A stretch of 64,000 bases of DNA from Hydrolagus colliei (lineage: Eukaryota): assembly GCA_035084275.1 (NCBI GenBank), contig CM068748.1:7192001-7256000 (forward strand). Reading direction: 5' to 3'. Positions 27,001 through 38,954 of this stretch are shown here, piece after piece. The position numbers and the translations under genes are program-made. How positions within the stretch are numbered: the first letter of the stretch is position 1; each line of letters opens with the position of its first letter. Below the pieces are notes generated by a model, which was not told the origin of the DNA, did not search any database, and was given only the letters and a program-made list of their open reading frames with translations.

Positions 27001-30000
27001 TCTTTTTTTTTACTTAAGTGTCTATTTTCATATAATCTGTCTACTGAAATTATGGACTAATATCACAGGAGTTATCTACTGTGAAGAAACGTACCGATTT
27101 TGATGCATCATTCATGAGTGGAACAATCATCACAGTAATGTTGTTATGGAAATTAAAATGTGGTAAAGCCACGAGCAATTCACATAAGCATTTTATTGCC
27201 ACCTCTGCCAGTCCTTTGTAGGCTTTTAAAGAAACAACATCGCTCTTCTTTAGCTTCATTTGCTTCCAGTCTGGATAAAAATAAAGTATGTTTAAACCAG
27301 ATCACAGTAAATAACAAAAATTTAATTATGCTTCCTCCATCAGACTAGTTCACTATTCAATTGTTCTAAGTTCCACAGCAACACCCTCTCCACACATGTT
27401 CTTTGAAATGTTGTTAGATAATCTAAAATGGCATATTTTAACACCGACAACTGGCCATTTAACTCATCCATCTGCTCACTTCAGTAATGCAGTCTATTCT
27501 TACTGATTTAAGGTCAATTAAGAGATTCAATATTGATAAACACAACCAATTCATTTACATACAACTCATTCACACTACAGAATGGAACATTGAAACAAAG
27601 ACTAAATGGCAATTAACAGGTATTCAATTTATTTTTGTTGAAATACAGAATCATATTTATGTTGGGAAAAATATCCCAATTCAACTATAAAACCCTACTA
27701 TACCATGTTAACTTTTTTTGTTTTGTAAACTATCCAGTGTATTGGTCTTTCTCTGTGACATTTCTTGATTTATGCTCAACTGTGACCAGTATTCCTGGAC
27801 CCTAAGACACGACTGATCTTTCATATTGAACATCTCAAATCTACAAGAAGAAAATATTTTTTTAATCCATGATCTGGACTGGATTCAAAGCTAAACTTTG
27901 CAAATCACTGTGCTAACTAATCCCCAATCAGCAGGATTCATTGTTGCTGCTAATTTTCCTTCTTTAGAGCCAAAGACAAATCACCTTAAAAAATGGGTCA
28001 ACAATAATGTATCCCAGAATCACTTCTTGAAATGCCTGCTTTCTTTTTGTAAAAGTGAATCAGCAAGTAGGAAATTCTGCATATTTATCATAATGAAATC
28101 TGAAATTATTTAGAAAGTTTTCAAGTACCTTTGATTGTCTGTTCAAGATTTTCCAAATAAAACTTATACTGGCTCACTAATCCTTCTTCGAATTCTCGTA
28201 AGTGCCGGGTCTCTTTCCTCACCTGAAATTAAAAACATTTGTTAAAATGGTTTGATTGAAACTATTTACAAGATCAATTTTTTTGTCACAACCAGTTTGT
28301 CTGGGTTGTAGGCACTTGTATCCATTACTTGCAACATAAATAACTCATCTTAATTGATATTTCCTCACAATTATTTGTTTTTAGTCACAAACTAAAGTAA
28401 CATCCTATATAATACAACTTAGGACAGAAATATTAGCAATTGTTACAACAGTAAAATCAGTGCAGAGTTCTGATCCTGATAAACCACTAGATGGCAGTGA
28501 AAGCAAAGTATTCTACTCTAAATTCCAGATAGTTTTATTCGAATCCATAGATACATATATAGAATAAGATATTTTTTACAATGAGCAAAAACAACCTAGA
28601 TTTAAGCATAAAGATCTTCTACCATATCTTGATAATTTTTTTAAAAACTTTTAACCTATCTGGTCTGTACCTTTGCAGTTTCCTCAGAATCAGTGAGAGG
28701 CCGTATTCTGTAGGATGGTGTGATGTCCTTGAAGAGTTCCATCAACGATACCATCACTAATTTCCGCACAGTTACTGCAACATTTGGATCCGTTTCCATC
28801 AACATAGCACGCAGTTCTTTCAACCTTCTGATCTGTTGACATAACATAACCAAATTACAATAAAACCCTATTTCCCTATAATACCACTGCTGTATTATAG
28901 TTATTCCATAAATCATTTTTACTTCACTATTCATATTCATCAGTTATTTTAGAATGTGATTATCAATCCTGCAATCATCTGTACCAAGTACCTTCGGCAT
29001 TAAAATATCAGGTCATTAAATGCTCTAAGTTGAAAATGAAACCACAGTGGAATATGTTGTTTCAAGATCCAAATGCAACTCAAACAAAATTCCCATAACA
29101 AATGGTTTTTTAAAAAGCAATCCATCAATATCTGTCATTCTTTGCTGCTGTGTATCACCCCCACTGGTAAGATTTGATATAGGTTTACCACTGGATAATA
29201 ATAATCCTGACATTTGATATAGTGTTTATCACATCTTCTAGACATCTCAAAATGCTTCATAGAATATACTGTAAAGTGAATTAACTCTTATATTTTGTGG
29301 GCAAAACGAGGCAGCCAATTGTGCAAGATGCTGTCTCTTGGAATCATTTCTCTCACGTCCCTTACATCCTTTATGAATTTAACCTTTTGAGATTATCTTT
29401 AGATTGCTTATACATACATTTTTATCTGGCTCAGATAAGATGGACGATGCCAATACGGCAATGTGAGTCTTTCTTTCATGCAATGTCTTTCTTCGCTGTA
29501 ACTGTAGCTCCTCTGTAGTCAACACTGGAAGGGTTGGAGCAACTAAGTGAAGAGGAAATATTAGACAGAGAGAAAAATAAGCCACGTGTCCAAGCATTTC
29601 CCTCTTTATATATATGAAAATAAATACAAGAATATAACTTGCTGCTTATCACAATGGTTATTAGCACAGTTCAGTAGTACACACTTATTTTGGCAACTAG
29701 CCATAGATTGCTTGGCTTCTTGAAGGAAAAACAAATCTGCTCCCTATGAGACTTGGGGAATTGTCACATGCCAGGAGGTAATATTTTGATAAACACCGTG
29801 TGTTTTTTTTTAAAACCATCCTCCAGCTTAGCTTCTTATCCTGTATATATTTTTAAATAAAATTATTGTTAAACTGTGCTAATCAGTTTACATTCCAATT
29901 GTTCATTATTTACATTATTCTTCAGTATCCACTTTTCACTTCTGTAGCAAAGGGAGACTTCAGCCCCACTTTCAAGGTGGTCACAAAACACAGATCTGCT

Positions 30001-33000
30001 TACGCTACACAAAGAGTACCTCTCTGCAGCATTGGTTTTCCAACTTTAGGATAGCTTCCAACAACAACTTGCATTTATATTTGCTTTGCAACGTCTAGAA
30101 GTCATGAAAAGCGCTATATAAAATTCAAGGATTATTTGTTATTATATAACACCCTTCACGTGGGATAATGTCTCGGACTGCTGAAAGCAGCTGTCTTGCA
30201 GCACTGACACTGCACTTTCCTTATAATGATTATTGGTAGTTAAACATTTATTGCCATACCTTCCCTATCTTGTTCATCTTCCGCTGACATTTCTTCTTCA
30301 TCTTCAGACTCTTCTTTTATAACTAGAGTAAAAACGTTACTGTTAAAAATGAACTAAAGCTATGTGCACATTTCATTACAAAAACTTTTTTTTAAGTTTC
30401 TAAAGAAAAAATGATCATATGATGCATGTTCACAAGGGAGATGAAAACTTCAAATGTCCTAATTTACATATGTAAATGGGAATATTATTAATAATCCTTG
30501 CATATGATATAGCTTCTTTTCATGCTTTAAATGCTTTGAGACATCTAGAAGAAATGAAAAGCGCTATAGCAAATGCAAAGATTATTATTACTAATAAAGT
30601 ATCCCATTATAGTGTCCTTTATTGATATAGTTGAGGTGTAGATCACTAGTTACTTACTCAAAAATTCCAAAATGTGCAAGCCCACCACTCCATTACTACT
30701 CCATAATAAGAGTAAAAGCCTGTTTATCCAGCACCCGATCAACCGTATAACTTCCATATAACCGGCACATCAAAGAAAAGGTCTGCATTCGATTAACCAG
30801 AATTTATCCTGAAAAATGCATTTTTTAAACATTTTGTGTGTCTTTTTGGCCGAATATCTGGCATGTGCTTTAATGCATTAGCCAGGTCCCAAGGGTGCCA
30901 GATAAACAGGCTTTTACTGTACTAGTTACTACAGGGAAAGCCAAAATGACTAACTTCCAGGTAATCAGGTCTCTGCTTATGTCATTTAACATGCTGTACA
31001 ATGTGACATCAGCATCAATCTAATGCCTCAGAAATTGGCAATTTTGACTTACCATTTTATATCATTTAGATATTTCTGTCCTCAGGCAGGGTGTATGTTG
31101 AGCAATAACTGTGCCGTTAGTGCACTGGTTGAGATCTTTATGGATCTCAATTACTCCATTATAACAGGGGTCCACTCTATTATTTATTCCAGTAACACAC
31201 AAAATATGAAGAAATTGTCTCATTTTTAAGATTGAACACTTCTAAACAGAAGTTTAAAGTTTAAAATGCAAAAATCTAAATACTTAGCACCACCTAGTGA
31301 GAAAATAGCATTAACTTTGCACAAGAAATGGGTATTTTTTTTCTTACTTGGCTTCTCTATAGACTGTGGAATGAGACCACGCTTGTCTTTGATAGGCAGC
31401 AAGTGAATGAGCTCCTTCTCAGGTTCAGCTTGTAATTTTCTGGGTATCTTTTCATATGATGCCACTACATTGTTCTTCTTTTGTTTTTTAGCATGGATTG
31501 GTTCACTGTAGATCAATAAAGCAAAGCATTGGATTAACCAGCGTGTCAACATTTAATATTAGAAAATAAATCAGCATGTGATTTGATGAAGGGACAATAC
31601 AATTGTACAGTATAATCAAACAAAAAAAATTGTATATTGAACTTAGGTAAATATACAGTCACACTAAGCACGAGTAAGAGAACAAAACAATGTTTTCGAG
31701 TTACAAATAATTAAGGCTGATGTATTGCAATTATTCTTTAACCAACTCTAGCAGCAATAAAGGAATTAAATGCTTACAAATATATAAGAAATGTAGCCAA
31801 GAGTAAATATTTACCTAACAAACATTTTACAATAAGTCTTGCATTTTGATACAGTGCGTATCACATCTTTGAGACATCTCAAAGCACTTCACAGAATATA
31901 AAGAAAACTAAATTGACTACATATTTTGTGGGTGAAATGTGCCAGGTAATTATTTCCCAATTTGCCAATCGACTAACAACTGGGTTCCTACTTTTATATC
32001 TTTGACGCAATATAGAAATATAAATCCTTATGTGCTGCAAGAGCTATGGTACAAAACAAAACAAGATGCACTGTGAACTCTCAGTTAAAATAAATTGACC
32101 AGAACAGATGCTGTAAAAGTCTTAATTGATCTCTACATGTCAAGTAGATAAACAGTTAGGAACAACAAATTACACATTAAAAACTAAAACAAGATTAAGT
32201 CTGTTTATCCAAAATCTGAAAACATATGAACTGTCTTTGCTCATGATATTTGACTACAGCATTAATTATATTATTATGGATCTTAGTTTTCTGTGTAGCT
32301 CTTTGAGATGTCCAGAATATGTCCAGTGCTATATCAAATGTAAGGATTATTATTGTTCATTTGTATTGTGTAATATAAGGAAGCAAAACTCTGGGTGAAA
32401 AAATACACCAAAGATCAAAACTGTGCCATACCTGGAAGATAGATCCCTGGTGAGAAAATTTGCTTTTTGACGCATGCTTTGCATATAGTCTAAATCATCT
32501 TCCTCTAGCATATCTAAAGGAAGAGCTTCATCTTCAATTTCTTCTTCCTCTTCTATTAAGAATTTGGGGAAAAACACTTGGTTAATACTTTGTAGAAATT
32601 GTAAGGAGCTATCTATCATTGTTTTTAATTAATCAGCAGAATTGTTCTCAATGCATTTCTGTTCCATCTATATTCTCATCTAATTCCAAACATTTTAAAT
32701 TTTCAAGTTATTTAGCAAAGATGACAATTCACTTCTTAGTTACATAAATAATGGTTGCATTATGAAGACCTGTGAAATGTCATGTACGTCATGAATGGAT
32801 TGATAAGCAACAAAAGTTTTGACAAAGACATCTCATCAAAGCAGTCACCTCTCATCCCAAACAATGTGGTTTATGGTTCGAGAAATTCTGCTTTATGCAG
32901 TTGGAAAAGACAGCAAGCCCAGAGTGACAAACACAGAGGCCATGAAATTTTCCCACAACTACATCTCAACATGCTCTTCTGCCAGAAGACATCCTTAGTT

Positions 33001-34988
33001 TGGAGCAGTACGAATTACAATTCTCACAACTTACTCATTCTAGCCTAGCCTAGCCAGATCTCTGGCTAAGACAAGATGGAATGGTCAGAAGTATTCACTT
33101 TGAAACATCTTCCAAATGTAGAAAGAAATAAACAAAGTATTAAAGTCCTAGAAATATAAAACCGTTTAAAACCATTTAACCCACAATATAGGCCTTACAA
33201 ATGCCCAATTGTAAAATGACGTACGATATATCGCCTTAAGACAAAAAGCCACACAGAACTACAGCATTTCACTTACCTGGCCTTTTCCTTTTGGGCTGAT
33301 CCATTGGAGCAGGTACTTTAGCTGTAACATCTCGGACAGCTTGTCGAAGTTGTTTCTGATCTTTCTTGAACTTCTTGGCAACACTTTGCTGCTTATACTG
33401 TCTATTCTTTAATTTATTTGCAAGCTTTATATTGCTGGTTTTCAACAGTTTGTGAAAACTTGGAATACGTTTTGTATTTTTTTTCTGAAATAGAATACAT
33501 GAAATTGTTGGGCTAAAAAACTGAATGCGATTACAGGTACTGTATATAAAATTTAAAATTAGATGATGAAAGTCTTCTCCTTTCACAATACTCAATCTAC
33601 TGCCTTTCCAGTACAGCTTCAGCCATTTTTTTTTAAAAAGAGTCAATTTTGTTGGCCTCAACTACCATTCTTATACAATGAGAGTCAAACTGCACACTGA
33701 GGTTGCGTTGCCTTTTTAAAAATATGTTCAATCAACTGGATTATAATAATCCTTGCAATTGATATAGAGCTTTTCACATCTTATCAACGTATCAAAGCGC
33801 TTCCAGAATATACACCATAACAGGTGGCTGTATTGCATAATATTTTCAGAGATGTTGCCCTTAGGATGAAACTTTAAAACTGATGAGTCTATGCAGGTTA
33901 ACGTTAAAGATCATAACACAAGCTGAAAGGAGGAGGGAGTTTCTCCTGATAGCCTTGCCAACACTTCTCAAGGCACCTCCAATAATATAACACATTCCCC
34001 TAAGACTTACTGCAGTCATTGGTCTGTCAGCCAAGAAATCACAATTCAAAATCCCAACATGTGGCTTGAATCCACAACCTCTGATTCAAAGGCAATTGAG
34101 CCAAACAGATAAAACAATTAACTGGAATATTGATGAAGATGATGATAATAATAATCGATAAAATGTTTATAACCCCTTTCACGTCAGAAGATTGTCCGCA
34201 AGCACTTGACTGAATATAGTGTGGAGTCCAGTGACTGTGTATTGCGTGGGTTAATACAAAGCAATAAACCAGAAACAGTAACAGAAGTGAATCTGAATAT
34301 CCCCCGTCACACCGTGAAATAATTTAAGAGTGCAGACACTGACCGCTCAGACTTCTCTGGTATCAAAGGCTAACACACACATTCAAATGGTATTGTAACT
34401 GACGCAATACACGGGACTGTGATGTGAATGTTCACCATCAGACACCTCAGTGATTAGAACACTCGCCAGACAAGTGTGAGACCTGTGTTTCGAATCCAGG
34501 CAGGTCAGGGCAACAAAACCTTGGGCAAGATTCCTTACTCCTCACGCCTAATAACAACAATCCTCCTTCCCCCCCCACCAAAAAAAAACCCTATAATAAA
34601 TTGGTCATTTCAATCCACGACTGTTTGTGGGGACACTACTGTGCGCAATGGGCTGCCGTGTTCCGCCCACAAAAATATAGTCGATTCACTTTACAGTACA
34701 TTCTGTGAAGCGCTTTGAGACGTCTAGAAGATGTGAAACGCGCTATATCAAATGCAAGTATTATTATTTTTATTATTATCAGATGATTGCCTCCACCCTC
34801 CCCTCCCCAATCCTTTCCCTCCCCGGGGTCTCAGGTCTCCCCAAACCGCCAGAGTGTAACTGCCCTGTCCAGGCTTCAGATTGACTGAAGGCCTCGGAGC
34901 CCCCGTTTCAACGGCTCCGCTGTACAGAACAGCTCCAGAGTAAAGTGCCCCGAGCCCGACCCTGAGCGGCTTGACTCACCGGCCTCAT
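20873..34988 (-). CDS. NOC3L: Nucleolar complex protein 3 homolog (NOC3L), complete, 21 coding exons, 798 aa
   Basis: Exons in transcript order: 34988-34980, 33484-33277, 32552-32432, 31505-31348, 30322-30260, 29542-29418, 28832-28671, 28222-28129, 27270-27095, 25962-25834, 24991-24860, 24749-24669, 24270-24170, 23704-23632, 23489-23426, 23267-23196, 22918-22737, 22318-22190, 21794-21697, 21228-21141, 21004-20873. Total 2397 nt, all GT-AG and in phase. Motifs: [67 protein letters not shown]. Confidence 0.97.
21141..21228 (-). CDS. NOC3L: NOC3L exon 20
   Basis: [20 protein letters not shown]...; AAG|gtaagg. Confidence 0.92.
21697..21794 (-). CDS. NOC3L: NOC3L exon 19
   Basis: [32 protein letters not shown]. 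Confidence 0.93.
22190..22318 (-). CDS. NOC3L: NOC3L exon 18
   Basis: [17 protein letters not shown]...[15 protein letters not shown]. Confidence 0.95.
22737..22918 (-). CDS. NOC3L: NOC3L exon 17
   Basis: [26 protein letters not shown]...NRVLMT. Confidence 0.93.
23196..23267 (-). CDS. NOC3L: NOC3L exon 16
   Basis: [24 protein letters not shown]. Confidence 0.93.
23426..23489 (-). CDS. NOC3L: NOC3L exon 15
   Basis: [21 protein letters not shown]. Confidence 0.92.
23632..23704 (-). CDS. NOC3L: NOC3L exon 14
   Basis: [24 protein letters not shown]. Confidence 0.93.
24170..24270 (-). CDS. NOC3L: NOC3L exon 13
   Basis: [20 protein letters not shown]...LPAVLEGLA. Confidence 0.93.
24669..24749 (-). 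CDS. NOC3L: NOC3L exon 12
   Basis: [27 protein letters not shown]. Confidence 0.93.
24860..24991 (-). CDS. NOC3L: NOC3L exon 11
   Basis: [22 protein letters not shown]...LSRKQRK. Confidence 0.93.
25018..25322 (-). mobile_element. CR1 LINE 3' fragment
   Basis: CATAGAAT..AGTAGGCCATTCGACCCATCGAGTCTG..GCCTCCACCACCTTTTCAGGCAATGAATTCCAGATT..ACTCACTGAGTAAAA is the typical reverse-strand CR1 3' end (FTQ.V...WNSLP.KVVEA). Confidence 0.75.
25464..25745. mobile_element. Two SINE 3' fragments in inverted orientation
   Basis: - strand copy about 25464-25560 abuts a + strand copy about 25565-25745. Confidence 0.75.
25834..25962 (-). CDS. NOC3L: NOC3L exon 10
   Basis: [19 protein letters not shown]...RNYEIKSE. 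Confidence 0.93.
26027..26214. mobile_element. MITE of the same Tigger-like family
   Basis: ta|CAGTAAAAGCCTGTTTATCC...GGATAAACGGGCTTTTACTG|ta. Confidence 0.88.
27095..27270 (-). CDS. NOC3L: NOC3L exon 9
   Basis: [10 protein letters not shown]...[24 protein letters not shown]. Confidence 0.95.
28129..28222 (-). CDS. NOC3L: NOC3L exon 8
   Basis: [31 protein letters not shown]. Confidence 0.93.
28484..28497 (+). promoter_or_regulatory. CTCF-like core motif CCACTAGATGGCAG in a NOC3L intron
   Basis: Close match to the CCACYAGRKGGCAG consensus; motif only, binding unknown. Confidence 0.4.
28671..28832 (-). CDS. NOC3L: NOC3L exon 7
   Basis: [11 protein letters not shown]...[23 protein letters not shown]. 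Confidence 0.95.
29418..29542 (-). CDS. NOC3L: NOC3L exon 6
   Basis: [14 protein letters not shown]...[16 protein letters not shown]. Confidence 0.9.
30260..30322 (-). CDS. NOC3L: NOC3L exon 5
   Basis: acidic [20 protein letters not shown]; phase 1-1. Confidence 0.85.
30710..30919. mobile_element. MITE of the same Tigger-like family
   Basis: AGTAAAAGCCTGTTTATC...GATAAACAGGCTTTTACTG|ta. Confidence 0.85.
31348..31505 (-). CDS. NOC3L: NOC3L exon 4
   Basis: EPIHAKK...[22 protein letters not shown]. Confidence 0.93.
32432..32552 (-). CDS. NOC3L: NOC3L exon 3
   Basis: [21 protein letters not shown]...FLTRDLSS. Confidence 0.9.
33277..33484 (-). CDS. NOC3L: NOC3L exon 2
   Basis: [17 protein letters not shown]...PKRKRP; G|gtaagt. 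Confidence 0.93.
34445..34778 (+). mobile_element. tRNA-derived SINE, near full length
   Basis: CTCAGTGATTAGAACACTCGCC...TTCGAATCC head; tail AGCGCTTTGAGACGTCTAGAAGATGTGAAACGCGCTATATCAAATGCAAG(TAT)n. Confidence 0.85.
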
Positions 34989-35200
34989 ATTGCCCTCTCT
35001 CTCGCCGGGTGCTCAGCTCAGGCGGCGGGGGTGGGGGAGGAAGGCGGTCGGTCCAGGTTCGGGTCCCGCTGCCGGTAACGCGGGTTTAAAAACTCAATCA
35101 GGCCACACGTGTTACCGGCCCGTGGAGCTGCCGCGATCCCTGGTCCGCCAGCCGCCTGCAGCGCCCCCCGCCGATTGGAGGATCACAGGCACTGCAGGCT
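34800..35200 (-). promoter_or_regulatory. CpG-rich NOC3L promoter / first exon region
   Basis: Strongest GC/CpG-rich non-repeat segment of the window, surrounding the NOC3L ATG; E-box CACGTG at 35106-35111; CCAAT on the - strand near 35174-35178. Confidence 0.75.
34980..34988 (-). CDS. NOC3L: NOC3L exon 1 coding part (MRP)
   Basis: ATG AGG CCG|gtgagt within the CpG-rich region; phase 0 matches exon 2. Confidence 0.85.
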
Positions 35201-35465
35201 CTTCTCCAGAGCAGAGCAATTCCCACATGTCAAGGTGGGTGGGGAAGGCTACACTGTAAAGTAAATAAGTGTCTGAACTCAAGTTATTTTTTGCTGGTTT
35301 GGATCCAGAGCAATGCATTTCTGTATGTGTCAGACACAGGGCTGAGCCCATTCTAAAAAAAAAATCCATTAGCCTGTAAGTTTAAATGCGATAAGTTATA
35401 TTTCTCTCCCCATACCTACCATCAAGACCAGAATCAATTATATTCATTTTAGAGGAAAACTGCAT

Positions 35466-35816
35466 ATAATAATCCTTGCATTTGATGTTGCACATTATGA
35501 CATCTTCGAGACATCTCAAAGCACTTCGCAGAATATACTGTAAAGTGAATTGACTGTATATTTTGTGGTGAAACTGCACACAGCAATGTCCCACAAGCAG
35601 TCAGGGATTGAAGTAAATAATGTATTATTTTTTATGGAATAGTTACCCTCAGTTGATTGGTAGATCACTTTTCTAACAACCAGGTTCCTACTTACTGTTC
35701 TCTGTAAACAGAGAAGTGTGGAGTAAGGAAACTTACCCAACATTCGCCCTGCCAGGAATTGAACACTGGCCTCTCACTTGCAAGGCGAGTGCTCTAATTA
35801 CTGAGCTGCAGGACTG
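35466..35816 (-). mobile_element. tRNA-derived SINE, near full length
   Basis: Reverse-complement copy of the same family. Confidence 0.85.
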
Positions 35817-36415
35817 CACATTTAGATGCTTCATTTGAAAGGTACAGTCCAGCCAGGTCTAATGTGGAATCAAGTCAACGTACTGAATAAATAAAATGAG
35901 TCAGTCTGCCATTCAATTCTATCTGGAATTGAAACCCTACCAGGAGATAGTTCCCCAATCAAATTGGCAGCAGGAGGGTAATCCAAGATAGGAACTGACC
36001 AACAAGGCACTTTGAACCATTTGATCTCATCCTTCCAGACAATATAAATACTGGATCAAGTGGTTTCTTAAATGAGCCCAACAACATTGTCTCGATCACT
36101 CTGCCTGCTAACTCAGTCAGCTGTTTATTTCCATCAGTCTAAAAACTTCAATTTGACTTCAACAAAGGTAAAGCCCACTTTGACAAACAATCTTATATTT
36201 ATATTGCATCTTTCACATGGCGAGGATGTTCCTAGATGCTTGACAGAACATATTACATTTAAAATTTACTGGGTAGTCTAATGAGCTATTTGTTTAGTTC
36301 TTGGTTGTACGATTCGGTCAGAGCATAATTTTAGTTCATCTTATACCACCATCTACAGTACTTCGTTTTTTTTTGCCTTGTGTCCATCTGCTGTTTGCCA
36401 TCTTAAGGACATCAT

Positions 36416-36695
36416 TAATAATAATAATCCTTGCATTTGATATACCGCATTTCACGACTTCTAGACGCCTCAAAGAGCTTCACAGAATATACTGTATATC
36501 TGTGGGTGAAATGCGGCAGCCAATTGCGCACAGCAGTGTCCCATAAACAGTCATGGATTGAAATAACCAATTTTATTATCGTGTTTTTTTGGGCAGATTA
36601 TTAGGCGTGTAGGGTAAGGAAACTTGCCCAAGGTTACGCCCTGACCTGCCTGTATTCAAACACGTGTCTCACACTTGTAAGGCAAGTGCTCCAAT
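36416..36695 (-). mobile_element. tRNA-derived SINE, slightly 5'-truncated
   Basis: Same family body and tail. Confidence 0.85.
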
Positions 36696-37068
36696 CTTGA
36701 CCTTGAATAGGACAACATTTACCTCCTTAACTAGAAAGTATTGCAAAAGACCAAGTTTCAGCATCTTGAGACATCCTCCCGACGTGAAAGGCGCTATACA
36801 AATGTAATTTTGTTGTTGGTTATAGTAAAAGCAGATACAATAGATATCCAGAATTTCTCAGGGTTCACGTCAGCAACTAACAGTATTCAGTTTACACTTT
36901 GCTGTAAATCATAAACCACACCAGCAAAAAACCATCTTAAACACCCAACAATGTGACCTCAAGACACAAGCCCCACATCTAGGGCAATACCAAAGACATG
37001 CATCTTTCAACATCTATTATGTTGCGCAATACAGAAAAGCACACATTTGAAGGCACTCAGCTTCATTC

Positions 37069-37074
37069 TTTATT
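37069..37074 (-). terminator. Candidate TBC1D12 polyadenylation signal
   Basis: AATAAA on the - strand at the end of a repeat-free AU-rich stretch about 1.8 kb past the stop; repeats resume beyond it. Confidence 0.45.
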
Positions 37075-38888
37075 TACAAGTGAAAGTGGTATGTAGTGGT
37101 ATTAGATGCGGGCAATTTTCCTTCTATTTACAAACAATTTTTATGTACATCTGCAGTGAGTAAGAAATCTGTACAATAGAAAGCTAGAACATAGATGAAT
37201 TTCATTTTAACTAAATGAAGGAATACATAAATAAACATTTCAATTGAAACAAGTATTTTGCACTCACTATTATACTACTGTTTATGTAACATGAAAATTC
37301 CTTTGATACAGATATACTGAAATTCAGAACATTCTACAAAATAATTCCTACATAATTCATATTTTTATATTCCAATAAAATAATTTGCAATACAAGAAAT
37401 ACAGAAATTGGTTCTGCTATCTAATACACAAAAATATACAAGAAAATAAAGTACAAATCTTTTGAAATAAAAAAGAAACCATAGGAAAATTAAGAGCATA
37501 CCTTGCCATTTGCATACAAGACAAATTTCAAATTCGCACAAATCTGTCAAACTCACTGTAGAAATTACAATTCAATTTAGCGGGGGAAAGGCGTGATAAT
37601 TAGCTCTCTGCCCTTTTGTGATTACCAATAACCCTATTTTACTTTTCTAATGGAAGCTGGCAATGTATTACTTTAATACATCACTACAGCCTGCCGCTGA
37701 CATCAATTTTCACCACCTGATTTTAAATAAAAGGTTACTGAATGTTGCCATGGTTACATTCCAAGACTTGTGCAAAGCACTGTGCCATTTTGGAGTTTCC
37801 GTATTGCACATCATAAAACATACTAAATACAGTTACTAAAGTAATGTCCACAGCACCAGTCTGAGGACAATCACAGCAAAGGCTTCATCAGCTGAGAGGC
37901 ATTGCATTTTACCTGGAGTAGAAAAAACATTTGGAAATTTCTATTTCATAGTTCTGCCATTTCACTTGCAGTTTATCCCTGGCCTGTAAATGGCAGAACA
38001 CCCTATTCCTTCTTGAAAGCACCAGAAAAGCAGCTAATTATTGGGAAAAAAAAACTCATTCAAAATGCTTGCAGTAAAAATACCACAGTTCAATAATTGA
38101 ATAAAAAAAGACATTCTCAGGTTTCTAAGCAACAGACCCAAGGATTGGAAATGCTTATAGTATTAAGAGGATATTGTGGAATATTATAGAACCCAACATA
38201 TAGATTGTTAAAAAAAAACTCTGGTTGTGTATAGCAGTAAAGTTTGGGTTTTGAAAATAGAAATTCTCTCAGCCTTGGCCTTTCAATTTCAGAATTCTAA
38301 ATGGTTTCAGTATATATTTGTAGAAATCAAAATTACCTCATCAAAAAGTGAAAAACAGACATTTCCTCAAACAGAATCAACATGTCACTAAAAAGCTACA
38401 TGTATTATTGGATGAAAGTAAGATCCATTTGGTCCACGTTAGGTAGTATCTGGGAGTTGACTGGCTTTGGAGGTATTCTGCGCACCAAAAATATGGTACA
38501 GAATGGTGATTGGTCTGTTTAAGTGCTTGACATTTTACATCTCAGGTTTCAATCAGATAATAAATGCAGAAGAAGCTACTGTATGCTACTGTACTTTGCA
38601 CGGGACTCATTTTTTTCCTTTAATACTGACACTAGTGTAAACATTTCTTCAATTTATTGGACTTATGCCATAAAGGACCAACTATACCTCAAATCTTTTC
38701 CCATTCAATTGGGATAACAAACACAGGTCTTTTGCTCATTCGCAGTCCAATATTTTTCAGTTCATTTACTCTGACAGACATCAATTTCATATAGATGATC
38801 TGCAGAAATCTCCATACTGTATTGCTCCACCATTAGTCATAATAAACTCCAGCTTTCGGATCATTGTGAACACATCTTTCAAAGTTTA

Positions 38889-38954
38889 TTAACTTTTCAG
38901 TGGTGGGCTGTGATTTTTCTCAGCTTCTTTGCCATCCTTCAGTGAAGCAAACAC
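38889..38954 (-). CDS. TBC1D12: TBC1D12 last coding exon
   Basis: [24 protein letters not shown]. Confidence 0.9.
   Translation of the reverse strand: MFASLKDGKEAEKNHSPPLKS

Noticed and set aside
34990-35369. ORFs across the NOC3L promoter
   Set aside because: Expected by chance in GC-rich DNA; no homology recognised
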